A stretch of DNA of 64,000 nucleotides from Candidatus Eiseniibacteriota bacterium. GTDB taxonomy: Bacteria; Eisenbacteria; RBG-16-71-46; CAIMUX01; VGJL01. Positions within the stretch are counted from its first letter, which is position 1. Each line of letters begins with the position of its first letter. Shown piece by piece: positions 30,074-39,020 of the stretch. The stretch covers positions 864,001-928,000 of the forward strand of contig CAWBWI010000006.1 of the NCBI GenBank assembly GCA_963792585.1, written 5' to 3'. The notes beneath the pieces were generated by a model. It made no database searches. It was not told the DNA's origin and saw only the letters and a program-made list of their open reading frames with translations. The translations under genes and the position numbers were made by a program.

Positions 30074-32266
30074 TCATTGGACGGTCCATGTCAGATCGAT
30101 GAGAACGGATCGACCGGGGAGCGGAAACCCGTCAACATCCTGCGCGCGGCGATCGGCGAGATTGCGGACGGTGACGGTGGCCTCGAGGGGCCGCCGCGGG
30201 AGTTTCCACGTCATCTCGATATCCTGAAGGACGCGACTTCCCCGCCGGCGCTCGGCGGTGTTGTAACGGTCCCGCTCGATCGAGGATTCCGTGTCGATCG
30301 TGTGTGCGAGACGGATCGAGGCGTTCTCGTACCGCGTTTCGATCGATGCCTGGGCGAGCGGCTGATACGGCAGGCGTTTGCCATGGTAGACAGGGCTCGG
30401 GCCGTCGTCGCGGGCGTCCTGGACGGAGGTCGTCGCCGTGAGGCCGAGGACGGACCGCGATCGGATCGTAAGCGTTCCGCGCGCCACGAGTTCGGCGCCG
30501 CGGACCCGCGTGCGTTCGAGGTTCTGGGCACGCGTCGTGCGCTGGCTGTTCTGGATCCAGACGATCGCCTCTCGTGTGCGCGTCTCGAAGGCGGCGGCCT
30601 CGATCGATGTCCGCAAGCTCGGAGTCGGTATCCACCTCGCGTTCGCACCGACGTCCCACGCGACTCCGCGCTCAGGAACCAGCTCCGGATTCCCGACCTG
30701 GATCCCCGACTGGCCGTAGAGCTCCGTGAAAGTCGGGAGGCGGAGGGTCTGACCCCAGGAACCGCGAAGGGTCACGCCGCCGCCCAATTCGTACGAAGCG
30801 CCGACGCGTGCGTGCGGAAGGGTGCGATCGCCCCGGACGGCATCGTCCCCCGGAAGATCCGGAGAGCTCGGAGTGCCGCCATCGAGCTGCTCGTCCACGA
30901 AAAGAACCCGTTCGTCCGCCGAGACGGTCGCTCTTCCGAGTCGATATCCGAGCTCGATTCCTGCGCTGCGCGAGAGCCTCCGTCGCGTTGGACCCGTGGT
31001 CCCCCGGAGGCGATCTTCAGGCGTCCAACGCTCCCGCACGATCGTCGCGTCGAGCCGTCCGCGCACGGCCGCCCCCGTAGGACCACCGCTCAACGTGGCG
31101 CGCAGTCCGTCGGCGATCAGCCGACTTCGCGTATCGGCGCGGCCGAGCCCGACCTCCGCCGCGGGATTGCGGTAGTGGTCGATGTCCTCCTGCCTGTGGA
31201 GGGTAAACTTCCAGTCCACGCGGCTCGCGGCGGGGGTTAGCACCGCCCCATGGGCATCGGCATCGGCCGGCGTCGAGGGGTCTCCACGCGAGCCGATCGA
31301 GAGGCTCTGCATCCACCTGCGGAAGCGATCCCGGACGTGGTGCGTCTGGAGATTCTCCGTGCCCGGTACGCCGGTGTCCTTCCAAAGACCGTGACCGGTG
31401 GTCTCGACTTGCACATTGCCGGCCGTCGCGAGCGCACGCAACAGGAGGTCCTCTTGGTGGAAGGCATTATTGGTCCTGCGCACGATCCGATCGTCCGAGG
31501 ACTCGAATCGCGTGCCGCCACGGTCGAGATAGGGATAGTCGCCGCGGCTGGACAGACGGCCTCCCGCGGCAAGGAACGAGAAGGAACCATGCGCGACGCC
31601 GCCGGCACCGGAGAAGCTCGTGGTCCCGAACGAGCCGGCAGACGCCCGGAAGCGAAACGGAGAATCGAATCGCGCGGGAGAGATCAGACGGACGGACCCG
31701 GCCGCGGCATGGTCCGAGCCGCCGGAGAGCGGGCCGCTTGCAATCTCGACGCGGTCGAATAGCCGTATCGGAAGCAGAGCTAGATTGGCCATCGCGTCGG
31801 AGGCGCTCGAGAGCGGGACATCGTCGATGTAGATCTGCACCTGGGATGGGCTGCTGCCGCGTACCGAGGCGAGACTCATCGATCCGAGTCCGCCGTATCG
31901 GCGGACGCTTACGCCGGCGGCGCGATCGAGCAGGTCCCCAAGATCGGCATTCGTGGGCACGTCCGCGCCCAGAGGAACGACCTGCACGAATCCGCGCGCG
32001 GGCGCGAGTTGCTCCACCGCGTAGGGACGGGGCGCGACGACGTCGACGGTGTCGCACGGCGGAAGCCAGAAAGCGGCTCCCTGCCCGCACGCGGAGGCTG
32101 CCATGGACGCGAGCGCGGCGATGGGTAGGCCGGAGCGGATGACGCCATGAATGATGGAACCACGACGGATCTCGGCGCGACGCCGTGAGATGATGCGGCC
32201 GAATGGTAGGTACAGGCTGCGAAGCCGCGCGAAGCGGCGCCGCCGGAGGAGCGATCGAGCCATCAC
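30074..32266 (-). CDS. btuB: TonB-dependent receptor, probable cobalamin transporter
   Basis: Plug domain (LL...AGV.VR.YGGLG....SVRGS...QV.IYIDDVPL, DRVEI), RLPTF.ELYG...GNP.L.PE, NL.D...FPLPGRS C-terminal box. Preceded by a cobalamin riboswitch. Confidence 0.85.
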   Translation of the reverse strand: MMARSLLRRRRFARLRSLYLPFGRIISRRRAEIRRGSIIHGVIRSGLPIAALASMAASACGQGAAFWLPPCDTVDVVAPRPYAVEQLAPARGFVQVVPLGADVPTNADLGDLLDRAAGVSVRRYGGLGSMSLASVRGSSPSQVQIYIDDVPLSSASDAMANLALLPIRLFDRVEIASGPLSGGSDHAAAGSVRLISPARFDSPFRFRASAGSFGTTSFSGAGGVAHGSFSFLAAGGRLSSRGDYPYLDRGGTRFESSDDRIVRRTNNAFHQEDLLLRALATAGNVQVETTGHGLWKDTGVPGTENLQTHHVRDRFRRWMQSLSIGSRGDPSTPADADAHGAVLTPAASRVDWKFTLHRQEDIDHYRNPAAEVGLGRADTRSRLIADGLRATLSGGPTGAAVRGRLDATIVRERWTPEDRLRGTTGPTRRRLSRSAGIELGYRLGRATVSADERVLFVDEQLDGGTPSSPDLPGDDAVRGDRTLPHARVGASYELGGGVTLRGSWGQTLRLPTFTELYGQSGIQVGNPELVPERGVAWDVGANARWIPTPSLRTSIEAAAFETRTREAIVWIQNSQRTTRAQNLERTRVRGAELVARGTLTIRSRSVLGLTATTSVQDARDDGPSPVYHGKRLPYQPLAQASIETRYENASIRLAHTIDTESSIERDRYNTAERRRGSRVLQDIEMTWKLPRRPLEATVTVRNLADRRAQDVDGFPLPGRSVLIDLTWTVQ

Positions 32267-32311
32267 GGAACCCCCCTCTCGGTCTTGTCCGAACCGAAGG
32301 AGATTAGTGAA

Positions 32312-32483
32312 GGCTTCCCGCCAGGTCTTCTGGCTCTCGGATCATCCCGCTCCCCGCGCCTTCCCAGCTTTCGCCAGTGGCATCCTGCGGAGGCGGTCCC
32401 CGACTACAGCGGCGGGCCCGCAACGGTTTTCGACCGTTTTCCCTGTGTCCGGCGCCGAAGTGCGCCGGAGGGCGAGAAGCCCT
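32312..32483 (-). ncRNA. Cobalamin riboswitch
   Basis: Minus strand: ACAGGGAA-AACGGT-CGAAA-ACCGTT-GCGGGCCCGCCGCTGTA ... GCCACTGGCGAAAGCTGGGAAGGC ... GAGCCAGAAGACCTGGC (B12 box). Closed by P1 GGCTTCTCGCC/GGCGGGAAGCC. Confidence 0.92.
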
Positions 32484-32497
32484 TTCAATGTACCGGC

Positions 32498-32526
32498 AGA
32501 CTAGGCTGGTCGAATCGGGACGTCAA
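32498..32526 (-). promoter_or_regulatory. Sigma70 promoter feeding the cobalamin riboswitch
   Basis: TTGACG-N17-TAGTCT ending about 15 nt before the riboswitch. Confidence 0.65.
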
Positions 32527-32569
32527 GTACGGATGCCCGCGTGCGGATGCCCGAGCGGACACCAACGAT

Positions 32570-33529
32570 TCAGTCGGCTGCCGAGGTCGGCGCGGACGAG
32601 TCCAGCGATGCCATGCCGCGCCGGTGGAGAGGCAGGAGTGCGGCGAACAGGAATGTGTGCGTCGGCACATCGATGCCGGACGCGCCGGCCAGGCGCACGA
32701 CCGCGCCGTTCCACGCATCGAGCTCGGACGGCCGGCCGGCCAGCAGGTCACGCTGCATTGATGAGGTGCCGTCCGGCAGCATGCTATCGTACGCGGCCAT
32801 GGTGTTTGACGGCAGGTCTTCGGCCACGGAGATCCCTCGGGCGCCGGCAAGCGCCACGATCTCACGCACGCCGTCTTCGAGGAGGCGGCGCGTTTCCGGG
32901 ACGGAGCGACATTCGCCGATGGATGCGCGCGCTACCGCACCGACCCCACCCAGAGGCACGACGAAGGCGAACTTCTCCCATAGCGCAACGTGGATGTCGT
33001 CGGAAATCTCGGCTATGGCGCCCGAGCCCTCGAAGGCGGCAAGCAACCGGCGCGTACGTTCGCTCGGCCTGCGATCGAGTTCGCCGAAGGCCAACCAGTT
33101 CCGGCGGCCCAGCGTGCGGATCACCCCCGGCGACTCGATGAAACTGATCGTGCCGCAGGTGCCGCCGACAACACGCTCCGGGCCGATGGCGGCGGCCACG
33201 ACATCGGCAGCCTCCACGCCGTTCTGTAGCGGCACAACGAACGTCTCCGGTCCGAGCATCGGCCCTAGCGTGGCCGCCGCGGCCGGCAACTGCCAGGTCT
33301 TCAATGCCATCAGCACGGCATCGACCGGCCCGACCTCGGCCGGGTCGTCCGTGGCGACGACCGGCTGGACGTGTAGGGTCTCGGTGGGTGTCACAACGGT
33401 CAGGCCGTGCCGGCGCAGAGCCGCGAGGTGTGCCCCGCGGGCCAGGAAGGCGACTCCGTGGCCGGCCAGGGCCAACCGCGAGCCGAATGCCGCGCCGACG
33501 CCGCCCGTGCCGTAGATCGCGATACGCAT
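32570..33529 (-). CDS. panE: 2-dehydropantoate 2-reductase
   Basis: MRIAIYGTGGVG..FG, ARG.H, K.WQL, PLQNG, LWEKF, SSMQRD...GRPSE.D..NG. Confidence 0.92.
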   Translation of the reverse strand: MRIAIYGTGGVGAAFGSRLALAGHGVAFLARGAHLAALRRHGLTVVTPTETLHVQPVVATDDPAEVGPVDAVLMALKTWQLPAAAATLGPMLGPETFVVPLQNGVEAADVVAAAIGPERVVGGTCGTISFIESPGVIRTLGRRNWLAFGELDRRPSERTRRLLAAFEGSGAIAEISDDIHVALWEKFAFVVPLGGVGAVARASIGECRSVPETRRLLEDGVREIVALAGARGISVAEDLPSNTMAAYDSMLPDGTSSMQRDLLAGRPSELDAWNGAVVRLAGASGIDVPTHTFLFAALLPLHRRGMASLDSSAPTSAAD

Positions 33530-33732
33530 GGGGTCAGACTGACGACCCGGGCGTGGCCAGTCAATTCCTCAGCACTCATCCGAGGATTTCCCACCCGTCC
33601 GACCCTGCCGGCGTCCTCACCAGGTCGGTCTCCAAGTTCTTGGCTCACCTCTACCACAACCGGCGATCGGTCCACTCCTCCTGCTACTCTTGTCGAGGAT
33701 CCCTCGGCCGCCGGACGATCCCAGGAGGGGCG

Positions 33733-34275
33733 ATGAGAAGCATCGTAACCGCCGTCAGCAGTGACGCCGACCACTCGTTCAGCAAGCCGAATCGGGACAG
33801 CATTCGACTGCACGCCGGGCTCGGAGTCGAAGGAGACGCGCATTTCGGGGCCACCGTGCAGCATCGCTCGCGAATCGCGCGCGATCCCCGGCAGCCCAAC
33901 CTGCGGCAGGTTCATCTGATCCACTCCGAGCTGCACGACGAACTGCGTCTGAGAGGATTTCGGATCGAGGCCGGGCAGATGGGGGAGAACATCACGACCC
34001 GCGGAATCGACCTGCTTGGCTTGCCGCGCGGCGCGCGGATTCGCCTCGGCGACACGGTCATCCTGGAGGTGACGGGCTTGCGGAGCCCATGCGCGCAGCT
34101 CGACGGGCTTCAGCCCGGCCTGATGGAGGCAACCCTCGGGCGCGACGAGAAGGGCGGCATCATCCGCAAGGCGGGGATCATGGCGATCGTCGTCGACGGT
34201 GGCGAGGTTCGCCCCGGCGATCCGATCGACGTCGAGCTGCCGGCGACACCCCACGTCCCACTGGGACCGGTGTGA
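33733..34275 (+). CDS. MOSC domain protein
   Basis: HSFSKP, GVEGDAHFG, PNLRQVHLI, GENITTRG, EVTGLR.PC.QLD, RKAG.M..V..GG.V.PGD. Confidence 0.9.
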   Translation: MRSIVTAVSSDADHSFSKPNRDSIRLHAGLGVEGDAHFGATVQHRSRIARDPRQPNLRQVHLIHSELHDELRLRGFRIEAGQMGENITTRGIDLLGLPRGARIRLGDTVILEVTGLRSPCAQLDGLQPGLMEATLGRDEKGGIIRKAGIMAIVVDGGEVRPGDPIDVELPATPHVPLGPV

Positions 34276-34326
34276 GAGACGCATGCAAGTTGCACGAACG
34301 TGCCATTTGCGTGGGGGACGTGGGAT

Positions 34327-34358
34327 ATTGCGAATCCCGACGTCTTGAAATTCGCAAT
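34327..34358. promoter_or_regulatory. Inverted repeat, candidate enhancer (bEBP binding site) for the pilin sigma54 promoter
   Basis: ATTGCGAAT-N14-ATTCGCAAT, perfect 9-bp arms, about 110-140 nt upstream of the -24/-12 element. Confidence 0.45.
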
Positions 34359-34464
34359 GGCCCTTCCTCGAGGCTTGGCCAGCGGAACCCCTAGTTGCTT
34401 GCCGGGTATGGCGCTAGGTCTTCTCCCATCGTGACCGGATGGAATTCGACAAGAGCGTTTCATC

Positions 34465-34481
34465 TCGGCATCAGGCTTGCG
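34465..34481 (+). promoter_or_regulatory. Sigma54 (-24/-12) promoter of the pilin gene
   Basis: TCGGCATCAGGCTTGCG: GG-N10-GC with GGCA...TTGC consensus. Confidence 0.6.
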
Positions 34482-34553
34482 AGAGGGTGTCCGGTTGGTC
34501 CATCGAGACCGCATGGGTTTGGGTCGAATCGCGGGACGAAGGGAAGTGTCACC

Positions 34554-34928
34554 ATGAAACGGCTGGGTCGCGAACAGGGATTCACCCTGATCGAGTTGGC
34601 CATCGTTTGCGGGGTGATCGGCATCCTGTCCGCCATCGCAATTCCGAACTACGCCAAGACCAAGGCGCGGTCATCCGGGGCAGCCTGCGTCACGAACCAG
34701 CGAAACCTGTTCGTCGCCGCGACGCTCTACGCGTCCGACCACGGAGTCGCGGACGTTGTTCTGAATTGCCACACCCTGTTCGAGGAGAAGTACATCTCCG
34801 CGGAGATGGCGGACTGCCTCGATAGCGACGTCCGCGGCCAGGACGACTACAGCATCACGATCGAAGAAGGAAAGGTGACGAACGTCACGTGTGACATCGT
34901 CCCGGACGAGCACCACTGGGACCCCTGA
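34554..34928 (+). CDS. Type IV pilin / pseudopilin (ComGC-like size), orphan
   Basis: Prepilin cleavage site EQG|FTLIEL, hydrophobic helix ending IAIPNY, and four further Cys in the head domain. Confidence 0.9.
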   Translation: MKRLGREQGFTLIELAIVCGVIGILSAIAIPNYAKTKARSSGAACVTNQRNLFVAATLYASDHGVADVVLNCHTLFEEKYISAEMADCLDSDVRGQDDYSITIEEGKVTNVTCDIVPDEHHWDP

Positions 34929-34982
34929 TTCTCCCGCTGGTCGACGGATCCGGCGAAAGGCGGCGCGGGATCCGCATCGAAC

Positions 34983-36989
34983 TCAGGGAGTCCCTCCACG
35001 ATCGAGAACGATCAGCTTCACGATCCCCCGGCCGGTCGGGGTCGTGAGGCGCAGGAAGCGGATTCCGCTGCCCGTCGCATTCCAGCTCCATTCGTGCCTC
35101 CCACCAGGGAACACACCATCGATGAGGCAATCGACTTTCCTGCCGGCGACGTCGCAGAGATCGAGTCGCACGGGCCCCGACTCCGCGAGTTCGAAGGAAA
35201 TGCGCGTCTCGCCGCACGCCGGGTTCGGCCTCGCGATGAGAAGCGGACGCGTGGGCGCGACAACCGGCAACGACGCGTCGGCCGTCATCGGCTCCTCGAG
35301 CCAGTGGACGATCCGTCCAACCAGCGTCCGCAGGTTGTTCGGATCCGGCCCCTCCGTGGGCACGGAATTCAGGGCAACGGGCATGAAGACCGCCCGCGCC
35401 CCGTTGGGCGCCACGTTGCGCAGCATCGCGCGCGATCCGTTCGGCGCAGTCAACACGGCCACGGCGGAGGCGCCCGGCACGGCATCGTCTCCTTTGCTCT
35501 GGAACGGTCCGTTGAACTGCAAATCGAGACTCACCGCATCTCCGATCGGATCGCCGGGCGTGCCGTCCAGGTGCGCGTAGCCGGTATCGAGCGTCCAGGA
35601 CGTGACTCCCAGATCGTCGCGCACGAAGTCGCTCTGGGCGGAGATCCCGTTCAGGAACCCCTGGCTCGTAAGGCAGAGGGCGCTCCCACCGGCCATCAGT
35701 TGATCCAGGGCGACGATGTCGAAACGATCCAGGGGGTAGGTCCCGAGATCGAAACCAGTGTGCCAGAGGACGACCTCGTAGTCGCGGATCTCTTCGATGA
35801 GCGGTGAATCCTGCCCGTGCGCGTGATAGCTGTCCCAGACGTCATAGATCAAGCCGTTCGCCGCAAGTGCCTCGAGCACGGCGGCTTCGTCCGCGCGGTT
35901 GCCGTCATCGTCGACGACCAACAGCGATCGTCCCCCGTTGAAGAGCTCGATCCTCTCCGAAGCCTCCCTCCCGGACGCGCGCGAGGCGACGCGGATGGTT
36001 CCACCGCGGACGGCGAGCGCCGCGTCGGTCCGAACACGAACCCGGACGAGCGACTCTCCGCCGGGATCCAGCGGAAGGTCGGCCGCGCCGTCGACCATCG
36101 CGTCCCAGCCCGCGAACGAACCCGCATCGAGGCCGATCGAGATCGTGTCGGTTTGCGGACCGGTGTTTCGAACGGTTGCATCGAACACCGACTCGCCGTT
36201 ACCCGAGGGAAGCGAGGCGACCGTGCGGGCGAGCGTGAACTCGAAATCTCCGTACGGTAAGCGTGCCGCCTGAATGACCGGACGGTTCCCCGCGGTCTGT
36301 TGCAGGAACGCGACCGCATGGATTTCAGCGCCGTTCCACGCGTCGTCCGTGGGGACCACGCGCGAGACGGTGACCCGATCGCCGGGGCTCTCGAGCGTGA
36401 TCGGCTGATCCACGATCGCGCGCACGACGTGTTGCCAGTGCTTCCCGCCGTAGGGGATCTCGTTCTCGTAGAGGATCAGCATGGCGTGCAGAGAGGAAAT
36501 CGCCACCGGATCGAGCAGCTCGAAGGTCGCCTGGATGACCACCCCATCCTCACCCGGAATGTAGGAGCCGGCGATCTGCACGGGGCTCGTCCCCCCGGTT
36601 TCCTGCAGGCGCTCCTCGATTCGCGCACGGTAATCGCCGGAGGTCTGATCGCAACTCTCCGCGCCGTCAACGGCAACCTTCCCGTCGATGCGCACGGCGG
36701 GAACGCCGCCCACCCCGTACCAGGCGCCGCGCGCCGCGGCCTCCGTCGTCGAGAGGGCCCCCGTGATGTGGTATTCGAAGGAGATGAAGCGCTCGCCGTA
36801 CTCCTCTTGCATCACCCGGAGCCCGCACCGGGCCCAGAAGCAGTAGCCTCAGAGGACGTGCCCGAAGTCCTCCGCGAGAATCACCTTCGGCACGCCGGCG
36901 GTCGCCGGCGCGGCGGGCAGCGCCGCGGAGAGAACTACTGCCATCGCGGCCGCGAGCACCGCGCCGTGGAAGCGGATTCGAAATCGCAT
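34983..36989 (-). CDS. Secreted Omp28-like thioredoxin-fold selenoprotein (UxxC) with Ig-like domains and FlgD/T9SS-like C-terminal domain
   Basis: ATG 36989 with GGGGGGA RBS, signal peptide, KVILAEDFGHVL-TGA-GYC (TGA at 36849-36851, codon 47). In frame with ORF 34983..36815 (FEYH...YGVGGVPAVRIDG). C-terminal PNP...LDL.DVAGRKV..L..G....G.H...W. Confidence 0.8.
36813..36851 (-). other. Bacterial SECIS-like hairpin immediately 3' of the in-frame UGA
   Basis: UGA-GGCUACUGCUUCU-GGGCCC-GGUGC-GGGCUC; apical loop begins with G, 19 nt from the UGA. Confidence 0.7.
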
Positions 36990-37197
36990 CGTCCCCCCTG
37001 GAATACACCGCGTTGCGAAAGCCGGCCATGACCGTCACGACGTTGCAGAAGGAGTATAGCAGGGGACGTCGGCCCGGCGCGATGCCTCCGCTGTGGCCCC
37101 GGCGCGTCTTTCTTCCCGGCTTGACTCCGGGTACGGCCGCGTCGAGGATGGTCGTTCCATCGTATCGATGCGCAACCGCCGGACAGGAGAACGCCGG

Positions 37198-37593
37198 ATG
37201 AAGGTGAACGTCATCCTCTACGTGGAGGACCAGGAACGCAGCGCGCGATTCTACGCACGCGTGCTCGGCTTCGGTCCCACCCTCGATGTCCCCGGAATGA
37301 CCGAGTTCGCGATCGGGACCGACGTCGTGCTCGGTCTTATGCCCGCCGCCGGGATCGTGCGCCTACTGGGCGACGCCATCCGGGATCCACGGGAGGCGGC
37401 GGGAATCCCCCGCGCGGAGCTCTATCTCATCGGCCCCGACGCGACGGCCATGCATGCCGCGGCGCTCGCGGCGGGCGCTCGGGAGTTGAGCCCCGTCGCC
37501 CGGCGCGACTGGGGCCATCGCGCGGGGTATGTCGCCGATCCGGACGGGCATGTCGTGGCCTTCGCCGAAGTCGATCGCAACGCCCCGGCGTGA
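37198..37593 (+). CDS. VOC/glyoxalase family protein
   Basis: ILYV.DQ.RS..FY..VLG, GMTEF, RDWGHRAGY..DPDGHV. Confidence 0.9.
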   Translation: MKVNVILYVEDQERSARFYARVLGFGPTLDVPGMTEFAIGTDVVLGLMPAAGIVRLLGDAIRDPREAAGIPRAELYLIGPDATAMHAAALAAGARELSPVARRDWGHRAGYVADPDGHVVAFAEVDRNAPA

Positions 37594-37666
37594 GCCTGCG
37601 AGAAGACGTTTCCTTCCATCAAAGCCCTGCCATAGACTCTTCTCACCCAACCAAGGAGGGTTCGAA

Positions 37667-38248
37667 ATGACCAAGCGTAGGATGATCGCCCTCGTGTCGA
37701 TGCTGCTCACCGTCGGAACGGCCCTCGCCGCTCTGGCGCAGCGCCCCGACCCCGCAATGATGATCGGCGCGCAGAAGGAGGCGATGGCGCGCTTCGCATT
37801 CATGGACGGCGTCTGGAGAGGTCCCGCGTGGACCATCCTGGACACGGGCGAAAAGCACGAGATCACGCAGACCGAGCGGATCGGACCGATGCTCGATGGA
37901 TCGATCAGGGTGATGGAAGGGCGGGGCTATAACGCGGACGGAACCGTGGGCTTCAACGCCTTCGGTATCATCTCCTATGACCTGAGCACGAAGAGCTACG
38001 CCCTGCACTCGCACGCACAGGGATTCGCCGGCGACTTCCCCCTTACGCCGACCGCCGACGGATATGTCTGGGAGATCCCCGCGGGACCGATGACGATCCG
38101 CTACACCATGACCCTGAAGGACGGCACGTGGACCGAAGTCGGGGATCGCGTCATGCCCGGCAAGGACCCGATTCGCTTCTTCGAGATGGACCTGAAGCGC
38201 GTGGGCGACACCGACTGGCCGGCGGCGGGAGCCGTGCCGGCGAAGTAG
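37667..38248 (+). CDS. Secreted DUF1579-like beta-barrel protein
   Basis: Signal peptide, AAGGAGG RBS; F.FMDG.WRG.AW, QTERIGP.LDG, NAFG.ISYD, W.E.G. Confidence 0.75.
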   Translation: MTKRRMIALVSMLLTVGTALAALAQRPDPAMMIGAQKEAMARFAFMDGVWRGPAWTILDTGEKHEITQTERIGPMLDGSIRVMEGRGYNADGTVGFNAFGIISYDLSTKSYALHSHAQGFAGDFPLTPTADGYVWEIPAGPMTIRYTMTLKDGTWTEVGDRVMPGKDPIRFFEMDLKRVGDTDWPAAGAVPAK

Positions 38249-38330
38249 CGGGCGGCCCGGCTCGCGACGACCGGTCGGCGGCATCAGGGTCGTTTGGGGC
38301 GCGCGTCGGGAGAACCGGCGGGAGCACCGT

Positions 38331-39020
38331 CTATCCCGCGTATGCCTCCGAGAGCTTGGCCAGATAGGCGATGACCGCGTCCGCGAAGCTGCGGTAGTGG
38401 ATCCCGTCCACCACCCATGTGGCCGGATCCGACTGGGACATGAGGTACATCTCGATCTCCACCGCGGCGCCGAGCGCGCCGGTGAACTCCCCTTGCGCCG
38501 CGAGCCCGGAGCCCGCGATCAGGTAGAGGTCCTTCCGGTCGAACGACGGCGCGTGGGCGAAGACGAAGCCGGGCGCCATTTGCACCGTCGCCCGCGCCTC
38601 CGCGACCGCGGCGACGTTGTCGCCCATGGCGAGCAACACGGCCGCCCGTCCCGCGTGCGCCTCGGAATCCGAGGACACAAGCTCGATCGCGGCGTCGAGG
38701 CGACCCAGCGCCACACGCAGCGCCGTCGTATCGGCCGCGAGTTCCAGCCGGCTCCACCCCTCCCCCACAAATGCGGGCTCGTGGAGACGGTCCCGCGCGA
38801 TCGCGGCCTCGAAGAGCCCGGCGGCGTCCGCGAAGTCCCCTCTCTCGAACGCGACCCAGCCCTTGGCGGTGAGCGCCTCGGCGGTGTCGAGCGGCACGGT
38901 CGGCCCTCGATCGTCTCCGCAGGCGACGAGGGCGAGCAGGATCGCCGGCAGGATCCTCATCCACCCGACGCGCCTGAGACCGCGGTTCGTCTCGCACCCG
39001 TATCGCATGCCGTCCTCCAT
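38331..39020 (-). CDS. TPR-repeat lipoprotein
   Basis: Lipobox LVA|C-GDD; TPR-like GW.AFE.GDF..A...F..A, A..G.GW. Translationally coupled to the upstream gene. Confidence 0.75.
   Translation of the reverse strand: MEDGMRYGCETNRGLRRVGWMRILPAILLALVACGDDRGPTVPLDTAEALTAKGWVAFERGDFADAAGLFEAAIARDRLHEPAFVGEGWSRLELAADTTALRVALGRLDAAIELVSSDSEAHAGRAAVLLAMGDNVAAVAEARATVQMAPGFVFAHAPSFDRKDLYLIAGSGLAAQGEFTGALGAAVEIEMYLMSQSDPATWVVDGIHYRSFADAVIAYLAKLSEAYAG

Noticed and set aside
34554..34928. Electrically conductive (e-pilin) assignment
   Set aside because: Mature pilin has aromatics at 1, 24 and 50 but not 27, 32 or 57, and only 8 F/Y/W in 115 aa
36849..36851. Genome-wide UGA reassignment (Trp/Gly) or a simple nonsense pseudogene
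   Set aside because: TGA is the ordinary stop for many genes here, and this one aligns with a catalytic Cys and has a SECIS-like hairpin
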